This document shows positions 27,828 to 37,036 of a DNA stretch of 64,000 nucleotides, piece after piece. The DNA is from an uncultured virus (IMG/VR IMGVR_UViG_3300017714_004846). Lineage: Duplodnaviria > Heunggongvirae > Uroviricota > Caudoviricetes. A program made the position numbers and the translations under genes. The stretch is taken from IMG/VR virus record IMGVR_UViG_3300017714_004846; one strand, written 5' to 3'. The notes under the pieces were generated by a model. The model made no database searches. It saw only the letters and a list, made by a program, of their open reading frames with translations, and had not been told where the DNA came from. How positions within the stretch are numbered: position 1 is the stretch's first letter; each line of letters starts with the position of its first letter.

Positions 27828-30041
27828 ATGTTCATTGGAGTAGAAGTTCGTGGTAATACTATGGCTTATCGTGAGATTTTAGGCGGCACATATGACTTGC
27901 GCTGGAGTAAAAACAGTCGCTGTTATCAAGGCAGCATGGTTCTCAATGGAAACAAAATTCAGAATCTAACCAACTTTTGCAAAATGATGGGGTTGGCGTT
28001 AGCAGTAGATGGTGTGTCAGTATTGTCCGAAGAATTAGATGAAGATGATTTGGAAGTAGAGGTGGATGTGGAATATGATGAGAGTCAATTAGGAAAGATT
28101 GGCGAGAAGGTAGTTCCTAACGAGAAGAAGTTATTACCCTTCAAGAAATTAGTAGTGAAACGCACCACTGAACCAGATTTTTCGGTAGCAGAATATTTTG
28201 AAGGCACCAGATTCCCAGAGGCTCGGCAGGAACAGCAACAAGTAATCCCAGAAATCATGAATTTAGTAGAGCAAGGATACAAGAATATTGTGATTGAATG
28301 TCCCACAGGCAGTGGAAAGTCGGCTATGGCGATGATGATTCCCAAAATTTTCGGCGGAAATGGGCCTTCAGCGTATCTGGCTACTCATCTTAAGGGCTTG
28401 CAAGAGCAATACATGAGAGAAATGCCATTTATGAGGAGCGTAATGGGCAAAAGCAATTATGATTGCCGTCTGGATGTAGATGCAGGAACTATCAATGAAA
28501 AAATTGCTAAAGAAGCATTAGATAAGTCCAAAATTGGTGGATTCAAATGGAATACCAAAGGATGCACCGCAAACATGGCACCCTGTTCACTCATCAAGGG
28601 ATTCAAATGTGATTATCGCACTCCAAAAAATGCAGAAGGTCAATACAACTGGGGCGTAGACCCTAATCTATTGTGTGATTACTTTGAAGCCTTAGCAAAT
28701 GCCCAAAATTCTGGATACTTTATCAGCAACATGAGTTATCTCATGGCTATGAATCGGGTGGGTTCAATGCTACCCAAAAGAGATTTCTTGATTATTGATG
28801 AGGCGCATCAACTTACCGAAGCCATGACTGGATTCTTTAGTTTGGACTTCTCGGTGAAGGTAATTGAAAGATTACTGCAACTGCCTTCGCACCAAGAGAT
28901 GCTCAAGGCTTCCGAAGCCGACCGACACACCTTGCAACAACAACGCAGTAAAGTTTTGGGTTCGTGGCACCCCAATAATAATTTTGGTTATGGTTTTCCG
29001 CAGATACCCAGTGTCAGGTCAGACTCTACAGATGAATTCCGTCAGAAAGCCTCAGCAGTGTGGGCGGCTTACTTTGATGCTTTGTTAAGAAGAGTGAACC
29101 GAAAAATTAAGAGAAAAGATTATTCGGCTGATGAACTAAAGTATGTCTATAACACCGTAGCCAGATTAGAAGCCGTTAATCAGATGCTAAAAACAGATTG
29201 GAAAAACTGTTTGTGGCAAGCCAACGATGATGCCTCTCCTGAATGGATTAGTTTCAAACCTTTGAACATCGGAAGTTATTCTGAAGAATTGATGTTGAAT
29301 TTGGGAAGAGTCCGAATATTTTTGAGTGGAACTATCGGTGATATTGAAATTTATCGGGAGGAATTGGGACTACCAGAAAGCAATACAGCGTTTATCAAGG
29401 TGGACTACTCCAGTTTCCCACTATCTAACCGCCCGATTTATACGGGCAAAGTAGGAGGCAAGTTAAGTTATACGGGTAAATCTGAAGCCGATGTAATGAA
29501 AACTGTGGAGGCAGTGATTGATATTATGGATAAGTATCCTAATAAAAAAGGATTAATTCTTCCCTACACTGATTCCTTGGAAAAACTATTGGTGGGGGCC
29601 ATAGAAGCAGTTAGCCCCGAAAATTATTCTCGTCTGGTGCAACACGATAAGAATGCCAAGAGTAGAAATCAGGTTTTCAGTGATTTTGATTCGGGCAGCA
29701 GCAACCAAGTTCTGGTATCAACTTATGCAAACCAAGGTTATGATGGTAAGTCAGTGGATTTCTGCATTATTCTTAAGACTCCATTCCCGGCCATGGGCGA
29801 TGTGAGAACCGCTATCAAGATGAAAGAAAATCCAAGTTGGTATAAGATGAAAACCGCTAACGAGATTACTCAAATGTTGGGGCGAGTAGTGAGGAGTCCG
29901 ACAGATATAGGACATAACTACATCATTGACCCACAATTCTGGTTTCACTATGAGCGAGGAATTGGCAATCAACCCTTGCGTAATTTCTTGCCTAAGTATT
30001 TGGTAGAAAGCATAACCGTGAACCGAAAAGTAATTGCTTAA
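27828..30041 (+). CDS. XPD/Rad3/DinG-family SF2 helicase
   Basis: ECPTGSGKS, Cys cluster, IIDEAH, FLSGT, QMLGRVVRS; promoter ttaaataggt 27799-27808. Confidence 0.92.
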   Translation: MFIGVEVRGNTMAYREILGGTYDLRWSKNSRCYQGSMVLNGNKIQNLTNFCKMMGLALAVDGVSVLSEELDEDDLEVEVDVEYDESQLGKIGEKVVPNEKKLLPFKKLVVKRTTEPDFSVAEYFEGTRFPEARQEQQQVIPEIMNLVEQGYKNIVIECPTGSGKSAMAMMIPKIFGGNGPSAYLATHLKGLQEQYMREMPFMRSVMGKSNYDCRLDVDAGTINEKIAKEALDKSKIGGFKWNTKGCTANMAPCSLIKGFKCDYRTPKNAEGQYNWGVDPNLLCDYFEALANAQNSGYFISNMSYLMAMNRVGSMLPKRDFLIIDEAHQLTEAMTGFFSLDFSVKVIERLLQLPSHQEMLKASEADRHTLQQQRSKVLGSWHPNNNFGYGFPQIPSVRSDSTDEFRQKASAVWAAYFDALLRRVNRKIKRKDYSADELKYVYNTVARLEAVNQMLKTDWKNCLWQANDDASPEWISFKPLNIGSYSEELMLNLGRVRIFLSGTIGDIEIYREELGLPESNTAFIKVDYSSFPLSNRPIYTGKVGGKLSYTGKSEADVMKTVEAVIDIMDKYPNKKGLILPYTDSLEKLLVGAIEAVSPENYSRLVQHDKNAKSRNQVFSDFDSGSSNQVLVSTYANQGYDGKSVDFCIILKTPFPAMGDVRTAIKMKENPSWYKMKTANEITQMLGRVVRSPTDIGHNYIIDPQFWFHYERGIGNQPLRNFLPKYLVESITVNRKVIA

Positions 30042-30066
30042 ATAGGTGATTCCAATATGCTAACTC

Positions 30067-30618
30067 ATGGCAATGAAAATCGCAATCTCGGGCAAAATGG
30101 GGTCAGGCAAGACCACCCTAACTAACGAAATTCTGCGACAATTGCAAGACCTAAACCTACAAGGCCAAAGATTAAGCCTCGCTGACCCAGTTAAAGAAGT
30201 GGCTCGTAATTATTTCTTGATGCCCGCTCATGAAAAAGACCGTGCTTTGTTGCAGAAAATTGGGCAACAATTTAGAGCCATTCGTGCCAGTGTTTGGATA
30301 GACCTGATGATGGCAAGGGCCGAAAATGAAGAAGTGGTTTATCTTTGCGATGATATTAGATTCAAAAATGAATTAGAGGCAGTTAAGCAAGATGGCTGGA
30401 TTAGTATTCGTTTAGAAGTTTCCGAATCCGAACAAAAAAGAAGGATACAAGCGGCTTACGGCGACTCTTGGAATTTACACTGGCAAAACCGAAACGAAAT
30501 TTCGGAAACTAATTTAGATGGATGTGATGCCAGTTTTGATAGAGTATTAACTGATTTGAATTTAGAAGATGTTCCTGCGGTGGTTAAAGATTTGCTCGCA
30601 AATGGATGTCTGGCTTAA
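30067..30618 (+). CDS. deoxynucleoside monophosphate kinase-like P-loop kinase
   Basis: ISGKMGSGKT, LADPVKE, R.LLQ.IG, DDIRFKNE; promoter 30038-30047. Confidence 0.85.
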   Translation: MAMKIAISGKMGSGKTTLTNEILRQLQDLNLQGQRLSLADPVKEVARNYFLMPAHEKDRALLQKIGQQFRAIRASVWIDLMMARAENEEVVYLCDDIRFKNELEAVKQDGWISIRLEVSESEQKRRIQAAYGDSWNLHWQNRNEISETNLDGCDASFDRVLTDLNLEDVPAVVKDLLANGCLA

Positions 30619-30649
30619 TCTTAAGTAGCAAGAAGGCGATATAATGGAT

Positions 30650-31471
30650 ATGCTACCAGCACTCGGACCGATGATTGGGTGGGGAGAGTCTGGCTATGTT
30701 TTTGAAGATTACAACGACCCCAGCAAGGTTATCAAGATTGTGGAAGTCCGTCCACAGATGGATGGAGTGGTGCGACCCTTCCGTGAAACTTTCCCTCATA
30801 CTTCTGTAAGAAGTCGCAAAGTGGCTCGTAATGAGTTGCAAACTAATTTCTACAGCCGAATAGTGGGTAAGAACTTTAATCCTCATCTACCCAAAATTTA
30901 TGATTTGGGCATCACAAAAAGCAATGCGGAACTAAGAAATGCCATCAGGGATAGCCAGCGTATATTTCATAACAGTCCAGATATTACTAATGCCATGTTG
31001 AGAGAATTTTCTGGTAATTCTCGGGTGGCTTGGTGGGTCATGGAAAAAATCCCTAATATGGTCTATAATGATTGGGGAGGATACCTTCAACATCCTATTC
31101 GCACAGGTTGGAGGTCAGACGATTACCGACAAATGGTGCCGCAAGAACAACAAGCCTATGAATCTTTAGTGAAAGATTTATTCAAAAGAGCAGATATTGT
31201 GATTAGAGATGTCACCAATCCGGCTAACATGGGATTCCGTAATGATGGCACACCTGTTTGGTTTGATGCTACGGTTTCAACTTGGCCGATTTATGATAAG
31301 ATGAAAAATTCTGTGCGTTTAATGGACAGAGAACAATACGATTTATTTGCAGAAGCATTTGGAGAAGATGTGATTCAGTCTTATGAAGGGGCTATTGCTG
31401 ACGGTAGTTATTTCCGTGAAAGACATGGATTGGGTGCTAATTTATCGGCGGAGGGATTCAATGGACTATAA
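30650..31471 (+). CDS. Ser/Thr protein kinase-like protein
   Basis: IGWGESGYVF (Gly loop), KVIKI, VMEKI, RDVTNPANMG, VWFD; promoter ttaagtagca 30621-30630. Confidence 0.75.
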   Translation: MLPALGPMIGWGESGYVFEDYNDPSKVIKIVEVRPQMDGVVRPFRETFPHTSVRSRKVARNELQTNFYSRIVGKNFNPHLPKIYDLGITKSNAELRNAIRDSQRIFHNSPDITNAMLREFSGNSRVAWWVMEKIPNMVYNDWGGYLQHPIRTGWRSDDYRQMVPQEQQAYESLVKDLFKRADIVIRDVTNPANMGFRNDGTPVWFDATVSTWPIYDKMKNSVRLMDREQYDLFAEAFGEDVIQSYEGAIADGSYFRERHGLGANLSAEGFNGL

Positions 31472-34400
31472 AGATTGGTGGTTTAGAACTTTAGATACTT
31501 TAGGATTTTGGGGCGGAATTAATTCTCTGTTCAACAACAATGTGGAAGTTGATGAGATAAAAGAAAATATGGCAAGCAATGTAGCACTGGCTCCTTATAC
31601 TAAAAATACCGTAGCCACCAGCGATACTCAAAAATTTGACCACCCCGCTATCGTCCAGATTCAAGAGCATTTGGAGGAAATCAAATTCACTGGTGAATCC
31701 AACTCGCTTATCAATAATGGATTTAATAATCAAAGTGTATTAACAATCAGTGGTGCGGGCAGTAGGTTAGCAAACAATGGGCTTTTGGTAGGTGGTTTTG
31801 CAGATAGACCTTTCCAGACAACCACCCAGAGTTATAGAACTATGGAAGGCCCACTTGCCACTGAAGAAAGACGCTCAGTTTGGAATTGGTGGCCTGTGAC
31901 TCGTGCAGTATCAGTAGTTAATCCTAATATTTGGTATAATGGTATGCTGGCACAGATTAGTAGTGAACAGGTAGGTTACTATCAAAGAAAGAATAATTCT
32001 CGGGTAATCAAAATAAGACACTGGATGACTAATAAAAAGGGCCAAGTCTATCCTAATACTCGTGCCAAGAGCCAAGATGGAATTAGAAGGACTAATGGCA
32101 TTATTCCTGCCGACCCCACAATGAGCAGTTTTGGTGATTTCTCAAATTATTGGCAAATGGCTTATGGTAGCAATGAGATAACTGCGGAGGAATATGACCA
32201 AGGAAGCGATTTAATCCGAAATATGTTTGGTGAAGAATATACGGGGACACAAAATTCTCTCAACGAATTGATAGCGAATGGGTCTGAAGGCTTCAACTCA
32301 TTTAGAGAGTGGGTGAAAGATAACGGAGGCCCAAAAAACACTGTGGTTATAAGCACTGACAAGACCTTCAATCATAACATACCTGATTGGATTAGAACAT
32401 CCGAATTAACTTATCGGGAAATGGGAGAAATCTGGGATATGTTGCAGATGACTCAAGTTCTGTTCTACCTTTATGGACATTCTGAAAGCAACCGAGATAA
32501 AATTAAGGCCAGAATGAATGCTTCTATTCTTAAGTATGAAAATTTCGGAACGGTCACAGGAGAAAAAATTCAGGATGTTATTAATTTTGCCCCGTGGAGA
32601 AAACTTCAAAACATAATGAAATATACTTATTTTGGAGATGGTAGGACTTTAATGGCAAGTAGATTTGGTAGTCTTTCTGCTTCTTTTTCAAATAATATTG
32701 GTAAGCAACCAATAACGCAATTACCGATAGTTAAGTTAGAGCCATCCACTTCAACAGGAGAAATGGAATGGAAGTATAACACAGAATATGTTTCACAGCA
32801 ATTATCTAATAACAAAGGCGTTATAGTTCAGTCTATCTCCAGCAACATAGATGTAAATACGGGAGCCCAAAGTCAAAACTTGACTCCTAATAAGGCTCTG
32901 ATTGAATTCTTTGAGCCCGGTGAGAATCATACTATTTTTGACCCTACCCTGCAAGACGATGGGGTAGTCTTGAGTAATGCACTTTTTGACCCAGATTCAA
33001 ACCAACTGAACCCTAACTTTGTTAAATTAAAGCGATTACCAGAGGGTCGCAGCCCCTATGGAAAAATAGAGGGAGAAAACGACCCTATGGTGACATGGCA
33101 CAAAGAATTGATGGAATTAACTGAAGAATCGGGAAACAACAATAGCGTATCTCGGATGGTTTCTCGTGGCACCTTACTCAAAAATATAACTTTGGGTTGG
33201 ATTATGGAAAATTTGGATTGGACACGACCTCGCACGGTTAATTCTGATAATCGCTATGGAAGTGCGGAATGGCAAAATATTGCGGAGGTGGAGCAAAACA
33301 CTTTGGACGCATTGCCACCAGATTCGCCACAAACCCTTGCTAATATACAAAAAATAGCATCTAAGATATTATTAAAATTCGGGAATACACTTAACTTTCA
33401 AAATTCACAGTGGCTACCTATGGGGTTAATTCGCATTAACAATGAATGTATTATGGATAAACCTCTGGCAGAAACCTGCCCAACCTTAGAAAAATATCAG
33501 GAATTATCTGGAAATGATTCCCTTATTTACTCCTACAATAATACTGGAGATTATTGGATGACCCTGAATACTCCTCGTAGAATGTCAAGCCAAGATTCTA
33601 TAATTTCTTATGATTGGTTTAGACCTACGGCAACTCGGGAAGATGGTTATGCAGAGGGAGTAGACGAGATGATGGTTTCAGGCACTAATGAAGCCGTTCA
33701 AAAATGGGGTTGGTATTCGTGTCCATTTAATTTGATTGATAAGGAAGGAACTTTTTGGTATGCTGGACCAGCCAATTATTATGAAAAGAATGATACTTCA
33801 GGTGCTAAAAGCAAGCAAAATTATTTGGGATTCCCTGCGAGCAAAAATAGCAGAGGCACTACTAATACAACTAAGGCGAATCATAAGCGACAAAATCCTA
33901 TGATACATGGGGGTAGCACACTAATTCCAACTCCTGAATCTATCAACGATACCGAATTTTGGGCAGATTATATCCAATTCCGTCAGAATAACCTGAGAAT
34001 TAAGAGTGAAGTGGGAACTGCATCCTTAGATGAAGAAATCCCTCAACAACAATGGGTAGATTCTGAATGCCCTCAATATTTGCTTAATAATTTAAAGGCC
34101 GCTGGAGATAGAAATGAATATGGTGACCTAACAGGAGATGCTTTCTTTTTGGGTTATGAGGGTTGGCTGCAACAAAGAAAAAACATTACGCCTGTGGTCA
34201 CGGCCAAATTAGAAACTTGGTTTATGACTGGCAATAATCAATCTACTCAAACAACGGTGAATGTGGTAAAACAATATGTCGCCCAATTACATAATGCCCA
34301 AAAATATGACACAACCCCCCGACATATGAAAAATTTCTTGCGTAATACTATCGTGCCAGAATCACAATATCAAAAATTCGTAGAGGGTCAAAAACCTGCA

Positions 34401-34898
34401 TTTTTGGAAGACACACAAAACTTTATGAGGTATGCTGTATGGGCTCAATATCGTAACACTAATAACTCTTTTTCAGCCGCAGCATTACAGGACGATAATA
34501 TAGAAGACATTTTTGGATTTACATGGGCTCAATTTTGGGAAGCCGATATGCCTGAAAAATATGCGGAAATGGCAAAAGTATACCAACATTGTGTGCAAGA
34601 TATGGCTGGTGAGAGGCATTCCTCAAGTTTATCGCCTTCCACATCTGGAGGAGGTTTTATTCCACATCAATATCATTTCGCAAAAATAATGTTGGATGAT
34701 GACCGGAACTCGGAAGAATTTTTTGCAGAGAATAAAAAATACCAATTTAATGCTCGGGCTACTATTCTACCCGCTACTGAAAATGAACTAAAGAATCAAC
34801 CATTTTCAATTCGGGGACTGAGAAGATTAAATCCCTACAAATTCTTGATTAATTGGTGTCGCAAACTCAAAGCCAGAGTTAAAAACCTATTGGTCTAA
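31461..34898 (+). CDS. large Asn-rich hypothetical protein (~1145 aa), C-terminal LINW motif; probable structural
   Basis: ATG 31461 after GGAGGG; ends NPYKFLINWCRKLKARVKNLLV. Confidence 0.85.
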   Translation: MDYKDWWFRTLDTLGFWGGINSLFNNNVEVDEIKENMASNVALAPYTKNTVATSDTQKFDHPAIVQIQEHLEEIKFTGESNSLINNGFNNQSVLTISGAGSRLANNGLLVGGFADRPFQTTTQSYRTMEGPLATEERRSVWNWWPVTRAVSVVNPNIWYNGMLAQISSEQVGYYQRKNNSRVIKIRHWMTNKKGQVYPNTRAKSQDGIRRTNGIIPADPTMSSFGDFSNYWQMAYGSNEITAEEYDQGSDLIRNMFGEEYTGTQNSLNELIANGSEGFNSFREWVKDNGGPKNTVVISTDKTFNHNIPDWIRTSELTYREMGEIWDMLQMTQVLFYLYGHSESNRDKIKARMNASILKYENFGTVTGEKIQDVINFAPWRKLQNIMKYTYFGDGRTLMASRFGSLSASFSNNIGKQPITQLPIVKLEPSTSTGEMEWKYNTEYVSQQLSNNKGVIVQSISSNIDVNTGAQSQNLTPNKALIEFFEPGENHTIFDPTLQDDGVVLSNALFDPDSNQLNPNFVKLKRLPEGRSPYGKIEGENDPMVTWHKELMELTEESGNNNSVSRMVSRGTLLKNITLGWIMENLDWTRPRTVNSDNRYGSAEWQNIAEVEQNTLDALPPDSPQTLANIQKIASKILLKFGNTLNFQNSQWLPMGLIRINNECIMDKPLAETCPTLEKYQELSGNDSLIYSYNNTGDYWMTLNTPRRMSSQDSIISYDWFRPTATREDGYAEGVDEMMVSGTNEAVQKWGWYSCPFNLIDKEGTFWYAGPANYYEKNDTSGAKSKQNYLGFPASKNSRGTTNTTKANHKRQNPMIHGGSTLIPTPESINDTEFWADYIQFRQNNLRIKSEVGTASLDEEIPQQQWVDSECPQYLLNNLKAAGDRNEYGDLTGDAFFLGYEGWLQQRKNITPVVTAKLETWFMTGNNQSTQTTVNVVKQYVAQLHNAQKYDTTPRHMKNFLRNTIVPESQYQKFVEGQKPAFLEDTQNFMRYAVWAQYRNTNNSFSAAALQDDNIEDIFGFTWAQFWEADMPEKYAEMAKVYQHCVQDMAGERHSSSLSPSTSGGGFIPHQYHFAKIMLDDDRNSEEFFAENKKYQFNARATILPATENELKNQPFSIRGLRRLNPYKFLINWCRKLKARVKNLLV

Positions 34899-35731
34899 TC
34901 TTTCCAGAAGTGAAATCCTTCTGGTTCTGGATTACCATCTACAGTTTCTACGGCTTTGGCAGTGGTCACTTGTTTATTATATCTCAATACACCTACTAAT
35001 ACTGCGCCAATGGCTAAAAGACCAGCCACATTAACTAAACGGGTAGGTAAAATTCCTTCGGCCCGATATTCTTCAGCACCTTTGGATGGGCCTTCTAAAT
35101 CTACAATTCCCATGTATCCCATTTTTCCTAAAACTTCTTGAAATGCAAACCAATCTACACCAGCATCATTGGCTAAAGTAGAACCACCGCTACCATCAGG
35201 GACATTCTTGTTTTGTCCCGATTCACGATTGATAGAATAGGGGTCGCAACCCGGGCTGGCTTGTTGCATGGCTCGGACTATAGTATCAGAGTCGGGGAAA
35301 ACCAAAACTCTGACACGGTTATGCAGAACTCTTTGTCCAGTATTAGTATCTAATTGCTGGTGAGGATAAACCACATATTGCACAATATATTCATTGTTAT
35401 CACGACATTTAATAAATTCGTCTACTACATCTGTAGATGAGAAATATTGTCGGCCTGTGTAAATCTTACCATCTTTGAGTGGGTGTCCATGAATTGTCCA
35501 CTTGCGATTGGTAAGCCCTTCTGTGAGTGCATCTTCGTGGGCCTTGGCTTGTGGATTAACTTCAATACGAGATTCGTCGCCATAGGTGACATTCCCCAAA
35601 AAATATTGTCCATCTCTTTCATACACATAACACATCCATTCTCGCTCTTCGTGTGTTTTATCAGAATATTTCTTCATATCACGGATTGCATCAGCCGAAA
35701 ATTTGTTCCATTCATTTTGCCATTGACTCAT
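34895..35731 (-). CDS. JAB/MPN (JAMM)-like metalloprotease with C-terminal TM
   Basis: EREW..WTIHGHP..FSSTD matches E..HxH..SxxD; YRAE then a hydrophobic helix. Confidence 0.65.
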   Translation of the reverse strand: MSQWQNEWNKFSADAIRDMKKYSDKTHEEREWMCYVYERDGQYFLGNVTYGDESRIEVNPQAKAHEDALTEGLTNRKWTIHGHPLKDGKIYTGRQYFSSTDVVDEFIKCRDNNEYIVQYVVYPHQQLDTNTGQRVLHNRVRVLVFPDSDTIVRAMQQASPGCDPYSINRESGQNKNVPDGSGGSTLANDAGVDWFAFQEVLGKMGYMGIVDLEGPSKGAEEYRAEGILPTRLVNVAGLLAIGAVLVGVLRYNKQVTTAKAVETVDGNPEPEGFHFWKD

Positions 35732-35737
35732 TTTTCA

Positions 35738-37036
35738 TCACCTATATTTTAATTTCGTTGTTCCTCGGGCGGTAAGTGGGGCTGGAGTTGAGGCTATAGC
35801 GGCCACAAACGCTTCATTATCCACTGTCAGAGCAATGATGTTTCCATTTCTTTCTTCTGCACTGGTTTCATAACCCAACTTTTCTGCCAGAGTTTTCACA
35901 TCTGCCAGAGTTGAACCTATAACATTGCCTTGGTAAATGATTTGTGGACATTTACTCCATACTCTACCCGGCTTTGAATTAGAATTTTTAACCTCTCCAG
36001 ATTTAACATTGACCCAAATATTATTAAAAACACTGGAGTCAGTGCGATTGTTGCTACTAATTACATAGTCTTCTTCCACAATAACCTTGGGCTGTAGAGT
36101 AAATTCTGATGGAGTAGAGGAAGTGCCTTTGAGTGCAACCAAATTTTCGGGCAATACTGGTATGCTCCACGAAGGATTACCACGACCGTTGAGACGATTG
36201 TTGGTAAAATTATAGGCTCCTAATAAAAATTCGTGAGGTCTGATACTTCCGATGCTTCCAATGTTAAATCCAGCAGGAGTAAAACGATTATCAATTCTAT
36301 CATTAACCACTTCTCTGACAATTCTACTACGATTGCCGTTTTCCAAAACTACCCAACTACTAAATTCTCCATCTAAATTATCTAAACGATATTGACCTTC
36401 TGCTAATTGCATAGGCTCGTATTCAGCCAAATTTTGCTCCAATAAGAAACAATACCATGGAGAAGCATTGGCTTCTGGAGTGTAATTCATAACTTTGGGG
36501 ACCCCTGACTCATCACTAATAAATCTGGTGGGTGGAGCGGCGGCAACTACAACCACGCCTTCAGGTAGTGGCACAGAATCACCATTACCGTCTAACCAAT
36601 CAGATAACAAAACTTTGGCACCAATTCTAACTGGAGGTAATGATTCTTGCACCGGACTACTTTCATTTTGAACCAATTCGTTAAAGCCACCCTCGCATAG
36701 AGTTCCGAAATACCACTCTACAAATTCAGCGACCGGCATATTTTGTCGCAATCTGACTCCTTGGAAGTTGGAAGGGTATTGCAAGTTAGCCAATTCTTGA
36801 GCATCCCATCCTAATTCCCCAAGATTTAGCATACCGCTTAAATTCATAATGGTAAGAACATCTCCTGCCTCGGGCTCTGGAATCTCATCGCCCTCTCCCT
36901 CATTGGTTTGGGTATATTGTTCGTAAGCATCACGATACGCATTATCAAAAGTATCTTGCAAATCTTGTTCTAAACCTGAGTCGGCAAAACTGGAATCAAT
37001 ATCGGGCTGATACTGCTTTATGCTATAATCTGTCAT
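35738..37036 (-). CDS. hypothetical protein, probable structural
   Basis: 432 aa, in operon between the Gly-Pro-Pro protein and the JAB protein. Confidence 0.8.
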   Translation of the reverse strand: MTDYSIKQYQPDIDSSFADSGLEQDLQDTFDNAYRDAYEQYTQTNEGEGDEIPEPEAGDVLTIMNLSGMLNLGELGWDAQELANLQYPSNFQGVRLRQNMPVAEFVEWYFGTLCEGGFNELVQNESSPVQESLPPVRIGAKVLLSDWLDGNGDSVPLPEGVVVVAAAPPTRFISDESGVPKVMNYTPEANASPWYCFLLEQNLAEYEPMQLAEGQYRLDNLDGEFSSWVVLENGNRSRIVREVVNDRIDNRFTPAGFNIGSIGSIRPHEFLLGAYNFTNNRLNGRGNPSWSIPVLPENLVALKGTSSTPSEFTLQPKVIVEEDYVISSNNRTDSSVFNNIWVNVKSGEVKNSNSKPGRVWSKCPQIIYQGNVIGSTLADVKTLAEKLGYETSAEERNGNIIALTVDNEAFVAAIASTPAPLTARGTTKLKYR

